From: Acidimicrobiia bacterium
GTDB taxonomy: Bacteria > Acidobacteriota > Vicinamibacteria > Vicinamibacterales > UBA2999
DNA: 64,000 bases
Direction of reading: 5' to 3'
Assembly (NCBI GenBank): GCA_038144855.1
Contig: JAYQOO010000005.1
Location: 9,248 to 73,247, forward strand
How positions within the stretch are numbered: the first letter of the stretch is position 1; every line of letters begins with the position of its first letter. This document shows, piece after piece, positions 38,056 through 47,317 of the stretch. The notes beneath the pieces are model-generated. The model searched no databases. It had not been told where the DNA came from and saw nothing but the letters and a program-made list of their open reading frames with translations. Made by a program: the position numbers and the translations under genes.

Positions 38056-38564
38056 CGCCGGACGCGCTCCTTCACCGCGGCGCGCGTTTCGCGATCGGCT
38101 TCGCGGCGGCGCAGGGTCTCGCGCTTGTCGTGCGCTTCCTTGCCGCGTGCCAGGGCGAGGCCGACCTTGATCTTGCCGTTCTTGAAATACAGACGCATCG
38201 GCACCAGCGTCAGGCCTTTTTCGACCGTCTTGCCGATCAGTTTGCGGATCTCGTACTTGTGCAGCAGCAGCCGCCGCTTCCGCTTGGGATCGTGATCAAC
38301 GTAGCCGCGGTGGCTGTAGGGATTAATGTGCACGTTGAACAGCCACACCTCGCCACGATCCACGCGCGCGAAGCTGTCGCGCAGGTTGGCCTGGCCCTCG
38401 CGAATGCCCTTCACTTCGGTGCCCAGCAACTCGATGCCTGCCTCGAAGGTTTCGAGGATGTGGTAGTCGAAGAACGCTTTGCGATTGTCGGCAATCGGTT
38501 GAATGACGTCCTCGCCATCCTTCTTGTCGCTCTTCTTGCTCTCGGTCGCCTTCTTCGCGCTCAT
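38052..38564 (-). CDS. smpB: SsrA-binding protein SmpB (start revised)
   Basis: IADNRKAFFDYHILETFEAGIELLGTEVKGIREGQANLRDSFA...RKRRLLLHKYEIRKL. ATGA overlaps on both sides (38052-38055 and 38561-38564). Confidence 0.9.
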   Translation of the reverse strand: MSAKKATESKKSDKKDGEDVIQPIADNRKAFFDYHILETFEAGIELLGTEVKGIREGQANLRDSFARVDRGEVWLFNVHINPYSHRGYVDHDPKRKRRLLLHKYEIRKLIGKTVEKGLTLVPMRLYFKNGKIKVGLALARGKEAHDKRETLRRREADRETRAAVKERVRR

Positions 38565-39487
38565 CTCGATGCACCGTCGCGCGCCATGGCCATCTGCGCC
38601 GCCAGCTTCACCGCAGCAATCATGCTGCCTGCATCTGCGACGCCCTTGCCGGCAATGTCGAAGGCCGTGCCGTGATCGACCGATGTGCGGATGATCGGCA
38701 GTCCGATCGTCACGTTGACCGCATGCCCGAAGGCCAGCAGCTTCACGGGGATCAAACCCTGATCGTGATAGCACGCCAACACGCAGTCGAACTCGCCGCG
38801 GGAGGCGCGCACGAACACCGTGTCGCCCGGAATCGGTCCCGTCAGGTCAATGCCATTCGCGCGCGCCCGTTCGACCGCGGGGGCCAACACACGATCGTCT
38901 TCCGTCCCGATCACGCCGTTCTCTCCGGCATGCGGGTTCAACCCGGCAATGGCGAGACGCGGACGCGGCATCCCAAACGAATGCATCGCGTCGACCGTCA
39001 GGCCGATCGTGCGATCGACCAGCGCCGGAGTCAGCCGCGAGGCCACTTCGCTGAGGGGAATGTGCACAGTGATCAGGACCACTTTCAGTTGCGGCGAGTG
39101 AAACATCATCGCCACGTCAACGTCGCCGCACAAATGGGCGAGCAGGTCGGTATGCCCTTTCCACTCGAGGCCTGCCTGCGCAAAGGCCAGCTTGTTGACC
39201 GGCGCGGTCGCAATGGCGTCCACGTCACCGCGCTTGGCGGCATCCACGGCGCGCACGAGCGTGTCGAACGCGGCGCGGCCCGCGGCGGCGGAGACTTCAC
39301 CGGCGCGAATCGACGGATCCGCCGGCGGCGCAAAGATGACCGGCTGGCACACCGCGGTCACCGCTGGATCACTCGCCGCTTTCTGCGCGATCTCGGGACC
39401 AATCCCTGCAGGATCACCGACGGTAATCGCGATTCGTGGCAATGCCCGTTCGCCTGTTCGCCTGTTGGCCTGTTGGCCTGCGTCCAT
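38561..39487 (-). CDS. pdxA: 4-hydroxythreonine-4-phosphate dehydrogenase PdxA
   Basis: RIAITVGDPAGIGPEI, GLNPHAGENG, TSVDHGTAFDIAGKG. The start is uncertain. ATG at 39487 overlaps the holB TGA by 1 nt; TTG at 39442 lies just after the octamer repeats; the ORF-track start is 39508. Confidence 0.8.
   Translation of the reverse strand: MDAGQQANRRTGERALPRIAITVGDPAGIGPEIAQKAASDPAVTAVCQPVIFAPPADPSIRAGEVSAAAGRAAFDTLVRAVDAAKRGDVDAIATAPVNKLAFAQAGLEWKGHTDLLAHLCGDVDVAMMFHSPQLKVVLITVHIPLSEVASRLTPALVDRTIGLTVDAMHSFGMPRPRLAIAGLNPHAGENGVIGTEDDRVLAPAVERARANGIDLTGPIPGDTVFVRASRGEFDCVLACYHDQGLIPVKLLAFGHAVNVTIGLPIIRTSVDHGTAFDIAGKGVADAGSMIAAVKLAAQMAMARDGASR
39448..39479. repeat. octamer tandem repeat GTTCGCCT x2 + GTTGGCCT x2 at the holB/pdxA junction
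   Basis: Same unit family as 27071-27094. It lies just downstream of the holB stop (39487-39489), at or near the pdxA start. Confidence 0.85.
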
Positions 39488-40506
39488 CACATCTGCACCG
39501 CCAGCCACTCGGTGACGACCTTCGTGCCGGCGTTGCGTTCAAGTGCGGTCAAGGCGCGGTCGACCGCGCCGAATGCCGTGCGAGCGCGATCGCCGGCGTA
39601 CGAACGCGCCAGCGCTTCCAGGTCGCCCAACAGCAGCGGATTCGCAAGCACCGCGCGATCGGCGCCGGCATTGATCGCCTCCAAATCGCGCAGCATCGAC
39701 GCCATCAGGCGCAGCACCAGCGCCACCTCTTCGCGCGAGCGTTCCTTCTTCGACGATCCCGCGCCGCTGTGCAGGGCAGACGCCGCTTGCAACCGTGACT
39801 GCGCATCGCTTCGGCCGGCCGAGTGCTGCAACAAGCCAATGGCCAGCTCGCGGAACATCGACAAGTCGTTGTCGATCAAGGCCAGCGCCTGCCCCAGGCT
39901 GCCGTCGGCCAGCGGCGCCGCCTGGCGCGCGTCGGCATCGCTGTATTCGTGGTCGCGCGTCAACGCCGACGACACTTCGGCGGCCGTCAGGCGGCCAAAC
40001 CGCAGACGCATGCAGCGCGATCGCACGGTCTGCAGCAACGCACCCGGCACCGCCGACGTCAGGATGAACATCGTCCCCGGCGGCGGCTCCTCGAGGGACT
40101 TCAGCAGGGAGTTCTGGGCGGACGTTTCCAGCGTGTCGGCTTCGCGAATCAGGACCACGCGCAAGCGGCCTTCGAACGGCCTGAAGCCAGTCTTCGACAG
40201 CACGTCGCGAACCGGTTCGATCTTGATCGAGGCGCGATCATCGGGCTGCAGCATGATCACGTCGACGTGAACGCCGCGAGCGATGCGGTCGCACGCCCGG
40301 CACTTGCCACACGCGTCGACCGCCAGGTCGCCACCCTTGACCCGTTCGAGACAGTTGATTGCTTGTGCCGTCGCCCGCGCCACAGCCCACTTGCCGACGC
40401 CGGATGGACCGGCGAACAGCAGGGTCGGCGGCAGAGAATCGCGCTCAATCGCCCGCGCAATCAGCGTCGTCAAACGCCGGTGCCCAATGATGTCGCGCAG
40501 CAGCAT
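39487..40506 (-). CDS. holB: DNA polymerase III delta-prime subunit
   Basis: LPPTLLFAGPSGVGKWAVARATAQAINC...CGKCRACDRI...VVLIREADTL. Confidence 0.8.
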   Translation of the reverse strand: MLLRDIIGHRRLTTLIARAIERDSLPPTLLFAGPSGVGKWAVARATAQAINCLERVKGGDLAVDACGKCRACDRIARGVHVDVIMLQPDDRASIKIEPVRDVLSKTGFRPFEGRLRVVLIREADTLETSAQNSLLKSLEEPPPGTMFILTSAVPGALLQTVRSRCMRLRFGRLTAAEVSSALTRDHEYSDADARQAAPLADGSLGQALALIDNDLSMFRELAIGLLQHSAGRSDAQSRLQAASALHSGAGSSKKERSREEVALVLRLMASMLRDLEAINAGADRAVLANPLLLGDLEALARSYAGDRARTAFGAVDRALTALERNAGTKVVTEWLAVQM

Positions 40507-40551
40507 GCCTGTCTGCTGATTCTAACGCAGTGATGAGCACAGAGTTTGCCG

Positions 40552-41967
40552 TCAGCCGCGCAATGGCAGTGAGACGACGAACGTTGAGCCGGCTGGGGAC
40601 GAGCGCGCGAGCGTCACGTCGCCGCCATGTGCGCGAGCGATCCAGCGGGCCAGCGCCAGGCCAAGGCCGGCGCCCTCCCTGGCACTGGAACGACGTGAGG
40701 CGTCGCCGCGGAAGAAACGTTCGAAAATCTTTTCGCGGATCTCCGCCGGTATGCCCGCCCCCTGGTCCTTCACGGCCACGGCATACCCTGTATCCGTCTG
40801 ATCGAGCTCCACACGCACGGAACTGTCGGGGGGCGTGTGCCGACAGGCGTTGTCGACCAGGTTCACAACCATCCGCCGGATCAGTTCCTCGTCGCCGTTG
40901 AACGCCGCCGAAGGCACCAGGCCCACCTCGATCGATATCCGTCGAGTCGCCGCGATCACGCGGGCCGCTCTCACGACCTCGTCGATCACTTCGTCGAGAT
41001 ACATCGCCATCGATCGCACCGGGTAGGTGCCGGCATCCGCACGGGCCAGCGTGAACATGTCGTCAACGACTCGCGACAGCCGGGCCACCTGCTGTTCCAC
41101 GATCGCGAGGGCGTCGCGGTACTCAGACTCTTCGCGATGGGGTTGCTGCAAGGTGACCGCCGCCGCCGTGCGCGTGGTCGTCACCGGCGTGCGCAGTTCG
41201 TGGGAAGCGTCGGCCATGAACTGCCGCTGTTGCACGAGCGACCCCTCGACTCTTCCAAGCAGTTCGTTGAAGGTCTCAGCCAGCTTGCCAAGTTCATCGC
41301 GCGGGTTGGCTACCGGCAATCGCTCGCCGAGGTTCTCCACGCCGATTCGTCGCGCCCTGTCGGCCATCGCCACCACAGGAGCGAGGCTCTTCCGCGCCAG
41401 GAACGATCCGCCGAGCACCGCGAGGGCAAGCGCGAGCGGAACCACGTACGCGAGGCTGCGCCGCAGGAACTCGAGTTCCTCGTCCATCGGCTCGAGGTCG
41501 GCGCCGACCACCACGATGTATTTGACAGGAGGGATCGAGACGCTTCGAAAGGCGAGACGATGGCGATCGTCGCCGTCGGATTCGATGACCGTCTGAAGCA
41601 GTTCTTCGGAATCGGGGATCTCGGCGAGTGGCGGCAGCGCGATCGCCAGTTCACCGTCGCGCCCGCTCTCAGCAATCAGCCGGCCCTGCAGGTCGTAGAT
41701 GGCGAGCATCTGTTCGCTGGACGCCTGTTCAGCCGCAGTGCTCCTGGCCGCGTCCGCGTAGTCTTGCCCCTCGCCGAGATCGTTCGAAAGCGACGTCATG
41801 GCAATCCGGACGCCGGCGTGCAGATTGTCGTCCACGCGCACGAACAGCGAGCGCGCGAGCAGGAAGTAGATCAGCCCGCAAACGGTGCCCAGCGCCACGG
41901 CCAGCACGCTGACGTAATACAGCGTCAGCCTGCCGCGAACGCTTTCAATCTTCAGCGCCGTCAGCAT
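40552..41967 (-). CDS. sensor histidine kinase (two TM segments, HAMP, HisKA, HATPase)
   Basis: H-box ADASHELRTPVTT; G-boxes VKDQGAGIP and GAGLGLALARWIARAHGG. Confidence 0.85.
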   Translation of the reverse strand: MLTALKIESVRGRLTLYYVSVLAVALGTVCGLIYFLLARSLFVRVDDNLHAGVRIAMTSLSNDLGEGQDYADAARSTAAEQASSEQMLAIYDLQGRLIAESGRDGELAIALPPLAEIPDSEELLQTVIESDGDDRHRLAFRSVSIPPVKYIVVVGADLEPMDEELEFLRRSLAYVVPLALALAVLGGSFLARKSLAPVVAMADRARRIGVENLGERLPVANPRDELGKLAETFNELLGRVEGSLVQQRQFMADASHELRTPVTTTRTAAAVTLQQPHREESEYRDALAIVEQQVARLSRVVDDMFTLARADAGTYPVRSMAMYLDEVIDEVVRAARVIAATRRISIEVGLVPSAAFNGDEELIRRMVVNLVDNACRHTPPDSSVRVELDQTDTGYAVAVKDQGAGIPAEIREKIFERFFRGDASRRSSAREGAGLGLALARWIARAHGGDVTLARSSPAGSTFVVSLPLRG

Positions 41968-42637
41968 TGCTCACGTCGAGCATGTATCCGGAGCCTCGTC
42001 GCGTATGAATCAGCTTCACGGCATGGCCATTGTCAATTTTTCTGCGCAGGCGTTGCACGTACACTTCGATCAAGTTCGACATCGGATCGAAGCTGTCGTC
42101 CCAGACATGCTCGGCAATGTCACCACGACCCGCGATCTCGCCGCGACGCCGCGCGAGGTACTCGAGCAGCCCGTATTCCTTTGTGGTGAGTTGGATGCGC
42201 TTCCCGGCGCGCTCGACGGTGCGGGCCTGGATATCGACGGTGAGATCGTCGATCGCGATCACCGGCGAAGCCAGCGCGGGTCCCCTCCGCAACAGCGCGC
42301 GCACCCGCGCCAGCAGCTCGGGAAAGTGGTACGGCTTCGACAGGTAGTCGTCGGCGCCGGCGTCGAGTCCGTCCACTCGCTGATCAGGTTCTCCTCGGGC
42401 AGTGAGCATCAGAACTGGTGTCGCCACGCCCTCGTCTCGCAAGCGTCCGCACAACTCGAGTCCACTCATGCCGGGAAGCATCACGTCGAGGACCAGCAGA
42501 TCGTAGTCGTTGATCGACGCCTGTTCGAATGCGGCGTCGCCATCCCCCGCGACGTCCACCGCGTACGAGTGCTCGCGCAGTCCTTTCGCGAGGACGGCCG
42601 CTGCGACGGGCTCGTCTTCAACTACCAAAATTCTCAT
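41945..42637 (-). CDS. OmpR-family response regulator (start revised)
   Basis: MRILVVEDEPVAAAVLAKGL...DLLVLDVMLPGMSG...LTTKEYGLLEYL...IHTRRGSGYML. ATGA overlap at 42634-42637. Confidence 0.9.
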   Translation of the reverse strand: MRILVVEDEPVAAAVLAKGLREHSYAVDVAGDGDAAFEQASINDYDLLVLDVMLPGMSGLELCGRLRDEGVATPVLMLTARGEPDQRVDGLDAGADDYLSKPYHFPELLARVRALLRRGPALASPVIAIDDLTVDIQARTVERAGKRIQLTTKEYGLLEYLARRRGEIAGRGDIAEHVWDDSFDPMSNLIEVYVQRLRRKIDNGHAVKLIHTRRGSGYMLDVSNADGAED

Positions 42638-43614
42638 GAGGTGGAGCGGCGGTCGGCGAACTCGAGTCCCTGGGCGATCTTGGCCTTGATCTTTCTCACG
42701 AAGCGTTCCGTCTGTTGCGGTGTGTATCCGCCGGCGCGAAACGCGTCGCGCCACTGTTCATCGCTCAGGCGGCTCAGCAAGCGGCAGGTCCAGGCGACAT
42801 CTTCCAGGCTCACCGTCTTGTTCACGTCGCGATAGATGCCGCTGTAGTCAAACTTCGGCCGCTGTTCACTGTCGACCTCTCTGATGAACTGCTGGCTCTC
42901 AAACCCCTCGATGTCGTTGCGCGTGCCTTGTCCGAATCCTCGCAGCCGAAACCATTTCAGGATGCCGGGGTACTTCGTGCGTCCAAGCGATGCACCCAGA
43001 TCGCGCACCACGAACACACGGCTCACGCCGTCAACCGGCGTGGCCAACTCGTAGATCTTGTTGTTTGATGTTTTCCAGTCCCAATTATTGAAGAGCAAGT
43101 TGGCGACGATGAGTCCGCCGTACTCGCGTCGACCAACAAACGGATTCTCGTACCATGACCAGTCGCCCGTCGCTTTCTTCCCCTCGAGATCCGGACGGAA
43201 CCGGCCGGCCTCTTGCGGGCCTGACACCTGCCCCTTCAACGGCCATTCCTTGAGGTAATACGTCGGAGGCTGGTGAAATCCAATCGCCCAGAGAATGCGC
43301 GACACCACCACTTCGGTCTGCGCTTCGGGCCCGGTCTTCACGCTCCACTCAACGCCCTTGCTGTCTCGAACGTCGAAGCCCGGACTCCACCCTGTGGTGT
43401 CGGCCAGGACGAACTCGAACGCGGTGTCGGTGGGCAGTAGTTCCCTGCCTCCAGGACCGTGAAAGAGATCTCGCCGCTCGAGATCACGCGGTTCCTGCCA
43501 TAACTGGTCGATCGTGGCGGCTGGATCCGGCGCGAGCTTCACGTCGCGCATCATCCGACCGCATCCCGCAAGCGCGAGCACACACGCGACGACGATCAGG
43601 CTGTAGCGCTTCAT
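42634..43614 (-). CDS. lipoprotein with protein-kinase-like motifs (hypothetical; start revised)
   Basis: MKRYSLIVVACVLALAGC (lipobox LAGC). EWSVKTG...TEVVVSRILWAIGF (Lys/Glu pair-like). NNWDWKTSNN (DxKxxN catalytic-loop-like). VRDLGASLG (DFG-like). ATGA overlap at 43611-43614. Confidence 0.55.
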   Translation of the reverse strand: MKRYSLIVVACVLALAGCGRMMRDVKLAPDPAATIDQLWQEPRDLERRDLFHGPGGRELLPTDTAFEFVLADTTGWSPGFDVRDSKGVEWSVKTGPEAQTEVVVSRILWAIGFHQPPTYYLKEWPLKGQVSGPQEAGRFRPDLEGKKATGDWSWYENPFVGRREYGGLIVANLLFNNWDWKTSNNKIYELATPVDGVSRVFVVRDLGASLGRTKYPGILKWFRLRGFGQGTRNDIEGFESQQFIREVDSEQRPKFDYSGIYRDVNKTVSLEDVAWTCRLLSRLSDEQWRDAFRAGGYTPQQTERFVRKIKAKIAQGLEFADRRSTS

Positions 43615-44498
43615 TTGCCCCTCGATGTTGGATTGCACGAGAACCGCGCAAAGGTGCCCGGCTGTCCCTTGCCGCCGCCTTCGCCAGCCAGGAACACCGT
43701 GTTGTCGCCGCCAAGCGCGACGCCTTCGCCTTGCGGCTCCCGCAACGAGCGCAGGTCGATCGTGGCCGCGGCCTTCGACGCGCCTGTCAGCAGATCCGAT
43801 GGATAGAACATCAACGCCTCTTTTGTCCGCAACGCGATCCATTCCCCGTCAGGAGACACCGAGCCGTCGGTGATTCGCTCCGCCTGACTCGGCTTTGAGG
43901 ACAACTGCACGACTCGTTCCAACTTCACCGTGGCGCCGGGCTGCAGTTGCGCCGGGAATCGGTAGATGGCGATCGGGCCTGTGTCGCCCTTGGTCACGAT
44001 GTACAACCGTCCGTTCGCAATCAGGAGCGCCTCGGCGTCGTGTCCGCCGTCTGGATAGGTGGCGTGAATCGCTTCCGCCGCCACTGTTCGGCTTGACGCT
44101 TCAGGTTCGATGGCTCGATAAATCGTGACGCGCGAACGCTTCCCTTCGTTGTCGCCGATGTCGCCGATGTAGAGGCACAATCCTGCCGCGCACGGTCCAA
44201 CAGCTACCGCTTCCCAGTCCTGGACTGATGCGCCAGTCACGGCGACCTGCGTTGTGACGCTGCCCCGCTCATCGAGCGCCGTGAGGATCGGCTTGCCCGA
44301 ATCGTTGTGCGCCCAGAGCCGTCCAGGAACTTTCTTGCTGATGGCGAGGCCACTTGCCTCAGCAAGGCCCGCTGGGCGCGCGAGGGTTCCACTCGGGACA
44401 CATTGCGTGGTCTGCCCGGCACCAGCCGACGTCGCGATGAATGCGATGGCCGCCGCGATGACGGCGCTACGAATACGTGTTTTCACAATCAACTCCAC
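43611..44498 (-). CDS. secreted beta-propeller-like hypothetical protein
   Basis: Signal-like N-terminus IRSAVIAAAIAFIATSAGAG, with repeated SG/DSG/DNG beta-strand motifs. The family was not firmly recognised; it is SdiA-regulated/phytase-like by feel. Confidence 0.5.
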   Translation of the reverse strand: MELIVKTRIRSAVIAAAIAFIATSAGAGQTTQCVPSGTLARPAGLAEASGLAISKKVPGRLWAHNDSGKPILTALDERGSVTTQVAVTGASVQDWEAVAVGPCAAGLCLYIGDIGDNEGKRSRVTIYRAIEPEASSRTVAAEAIHATYPDGGHDAEALLIANGRLYIVTKGDTGPIAIYRFPAQLQPGATVKLERVVQLSSKPSQAERITDGSVSPDGEWIALRTKEALMFYPSDLLTGASKAAATIDLRSLREPQGEGVALGGDNTVFLAGEGGGKGQPGTFARFSCNPTSRGK

Positions 44499-44604
44499 GA
44501 GCTCACCGTATCGCTTGCAACATGAATGCTGAATGAACCCACCGGCTCAGCCGTGCGGCAACTTGGCTCCGGTGTTGCTATCGTTGGGCGTCAAGGAGAC
44601 GTAC

Positions 44605-45294
44605 GTGATCAAGCTGCCGAGCTTGTTGGTCCTAGTAGTCGCGGTCGGCGCAGCCGCTCAGGAGTCTCGTTCGATATCGAACGTGTTGCCGGCCGCCGCG
44701 ACCAAAAAGTTGGCCGAGAGCCTCGCCGCCGCGAAGCCTCGCGCGCAGCACCTGTGGCGAGATACGCCTCCGATCGCCAAGGATGGAAGGATCAACGCTT
44801 ACATCGAAATTTCACGTGGCGACTTGCGCAAGTGGGAGTTCAACATCGCCAGGCACGAGCGCGCGATCGATCGCATGATCCCCGAGTCGATCGGTGGCTA
44901 TCCGATCAACTACGGCATCGTTCCGCAGACGGTGTCGTATGACGGCGACCCGTTCGACGTCCTGGTGCTCGGGCCGCCGATCGAGGGCGGGACGATGGTC
45001 AGTGGAATTTCGGTTGGCGTGATGTTGATGGAAGACGATCACATCGACGACGCGAAGGTGGTGATCACGCCGCATGACGCCGCCGGCAAGCCGCTCTACG
45101 AATTGACCGATGCGGTGAAGAAGGAACTCCACGACTTCTTCACGCGCTACAAGCGGCATATTCCGGGGGCGTCGACCAGCGTTCCAGGATGGGCGTCACG
45201 CGTGCACGGCCTCGCGCTGGTGCACCAGACGCACACGTTTTTCTCCCAGTGCGCCGGGCGCTCTGGGGATTGCCTCGCGACCCGCCATAAATGA
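44605..45294 (+). CDS. ppa: family I inorganic pyrophosphatase with N-terminal signal peptide (start revised)
   Basis: INAYIEISRGDLRKWEF, YPINYGIVPQTVSYDGDPFDVLVLG, DDAKVVI. GTG at 44605 is preceded by AAGGAG 6 nt upstream and gives MIKLPSLLVLVVAVGAAAQE. Confidence 0.8.
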   Translation: MIKLPSLLVLVVAVGAAAQESRSISNVLPAAATKKLAESLAAAKPRAQHLWRDTPPIAKDGRINAYIEISRGDLRKWEFNIARHERAIDRMIPESIGGYPINYGIVPQTVSYDGDPFDVLVLGPPIEGGTMVSGISVGVMLMEDDHIDDAKVVITPHDAAGKPLYELTDAVKKELHDFFTRYKRHIPGASTSVPGWASRVHGLALVHQTHTFFSQCAGRSGDCLATRHK

Positions 45295-45346
45295 CGGATT
45301 GACGCCCGGCCGTGCGGCTGACTACAATCGGAGATTCCGGGGTGTC

Positions 45347-45422
45347 GGGCGGTTAGCTCAGTTGGTAGAGCACCGGCTTTACACGCCGGCTGTCAGGGGT
45401 TCGAGTCCCTTACCGCCCACCA
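45347..45422 (+). tRNA. tRNA-Val (anticodon TAC), CCA encoded
   Basis: Hand-folded cloverleaf: GGGCGGT/ACCGCCC acceptor, GCTC/GAGC D stem, CCGGC-TTTACAC-GCCGG anticodon arm, TTCGAGT T loop. Confidence 0.9.
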
Positions 45423-45544
45423 GCATCTCTTGACCACGCTCCGCGCGGTCGGTTTGAATGGTGGAGATTGATGGTTCTCGATCGAGTGGTGACAACTCGA
45501 TCAATCAAGGACTCATCAATCTGCAATTGGCAATTCCCCTCAGG

Positions 45545-45621
45545 GGGGTGGTAGTTCAGTTGGTTAGAACGCTGCCCTGTCACGGCAGAGGCCGCGGGTT
45601 CGAGTCCCGTCCACCCCGCCA
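45545..45621 (+). tRNA. tRNA-Asp (anticodon GTC), CCA encoded
   Basis: Hand-folded cloverleaf: GGGGTGG/CCACCCC acceptor, GTTC/GAAC D stem, CTGCC-CTGTCAC-GGCAG anticodon arm, TTCGAGT T loop. Confidence 0.9.
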
Positions 45622-45711
45622 TTTACTCTTCATTCTTTTAGCTCTAGCAAAGCCGAAGAGAAGGGCACGTGTTCGTGAGCACGCCGCGAAACAGGGCTAC
45701 AATTTTCGCGA

Positions 45712-47295
45712 ATGACGAGTTGGGCAACGCTGTGGATGGCTCGGCCTCTGTGGCAACGAACTCTCCTGGTAGCGATTCCGCCCCTGTTCCTGCATCTGCT
45801 CCGCCTCGGTACCGCACCGGTCCACCTGACACACGATGAGGTGGTCTTCGCCTTGAACGCTCATACCATCGCCACCGAAGGCCGTGGCATGGACGGCGCG
45901 TCCTGGCCGATCTACTTTCACATCGTCGACAACTTCTACTCCACGCCGCTCGTCATCTACTTCCCGGCCCTGTTCCAGCTGCTGTTCGAGCCAACGCCCG
46001 CTGTTATCCGGCTGCCGTCCGCGATCATCGGCGCGATCGACGTCGTGCTCGTATACCTCGTGGCCCGCCGGCTGCTTCGATCCGAAGCGGCGGCGCTATT
46101 GGCCGCAACGCTGTTGGCGCTCACACCAGCGCACCTGATCCACGCTCGGCTTGGTGTCGATCACCTGTATCCGCCGATCTTCGTGATGGCGGCCTTGCTC
46201 TGTGCCCTGCGATTTGAAGACGACCCGACGAAGCCGCGCTGGTTGTTTGCCGCCGGCGCGCTGCTCGGCGTGGGCACCTATTCGTATCTCGGCGCCCTGG
46301 CAGGGATGCCGGTCCATCTGGCGGTGTTTGTCGTGGTGCTTTGTCTCGCAGCGCCACAAGGGTGGCGTCGCGCGGCTCTACTCGTGGGCGGATACGCGTT
46401 GGCGGTCGCCCCTTTATTGGCTTGGCTGCTGACGCACCCGAACCAGCTTGGACAGCAAGTCGGCATGTACAACATCGCGCAAGCCGATCGCGGCGTGTTG
46501 CAAGGAGCGCTGCAACACCTCAGTTACTACAGGCTGATCGAGCACCTGCGCGTGTACCACGAATTCTTCAATCCGTCGTACCTGTTCTTTAGCGGAGACT
46601 CGAGCCTGATCGACTCGACCCGCAAGTCGGGTGTGTTGCTGGTGCCGGCGGCGATTTTCCTCGCAGTTGGTGTCAACGCCATCCTCAACACCATGCGGTC
46701 GCGAACCTCACTGCTGGTGTTGCTGACGTGTCTCGCGGCTCCAGTCTCGGCCCTCCTGGTTGGCGAAGTGAAGGTGAATCGAGCGCTGGTGCTGTTGCCG
46801 ATCGCCGCGCTGATCTGCGGCTATGGGATCGCGACAATGCGGCAGTGGCGCGGGGCGTGGCCGCGGCGCCTGATCGCCGCCACGATGCTTCTGGCGACCG
46901 TGCAGTTCGCATATTTCTACTGGGACTATCACGGAGACTACCGCCATCGAACGGGCTACTGGTTCGAACGCAATCGGGTTGGAGCGTTCGAGCGGGTCGC
47001 CACTGAGATGGCGTCGGATCCGTCCCTCGTCTTCTACGTTCCCTCGAGCCCGCGCTGGATCTTCGAGTCGTGGCAGCTCTATCTCTTCGAGAAAGGGCAG
47101 GAGCGGTGGATCGACAGGACCCGCAGTTTCGCGCCCGGAGTTGAGCCGATTCCCTCGACCGCGGTCAGCATGCTGGCGGTTGATCAAAGCGGGGCGATCC
47201 TGGAAGGCGAGGCTGGGCAACACGACACAGTGTCGATTACTGAAATCGACGGAACGCCGGCTTTCAAAGTGCTGTTACCGCGGCAGATCCGATAG
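45712..47295 (+). CDS. ArnT/PMT-like (GT-C) membrane glycosyltransferase candidate
   Basis: LGTAPVHLTHDEVVFALNAHTIATEGRGMDGASWPIYF followed by about 11 helices and a C-terminal soluble domain. 527 aa. Confidence 0.65.
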   Translation: MTSWATLWMARPLWQRTLLVAIPPLFLHLLRLGTAPVHLTHDEVVFALNAHTIATEGRGMDGASWPIYFHIVDNFYSTPLVIYFPALFQLLFEPTPAVIRLPSAIIGAIDVVLVYLVARRLLRSEAAALLAATLLALTPAHLIHARLGVDHLYPPIFVMAALLCALRFEDDPTKPRWLFAAGALLGVGTYSYLGALAGMPVHLAVFVVVLCLAAPQGWRRAALLVGGYALAVAPLLAWLLTHPNQLGQQVGMYNIAQADRGVLQGALQHLSYYRLIEHLRVYHEFFNPSYLFFSGDSSLIDSTRKSGVLLVPAAIFLAVGVNAILNTMRSRTSLLVLLTCLAAPVSALLVGEVKVNRALVLLPIAALICGYGIATMRQWRGAWPRRLIAATMLLATVQFAYFYWDYHGDYRHRTGYWFERNRVGAFERVATEMASDPSLVFYVPSSPRWIFESWQLYLFEKGQERWIDRTRSFAPGVEPIPSTAVSMLAVDQSGAILEGEAGQHDTVSITEIDGTPAFKVLLPRQIR

Positions 47296-47317
47296 GCGTA
47301 CGCGAGCGTTCTGAGTT

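Noticed and set aside
38052-38564. Looked for a tmRNA (ssrA) gene next to smpB.
   Set aside because: Both flanks are occupied by overlap-coupled protein-coding genes. I saw no tRNA-Ala-like acceptor/T-arm pair.
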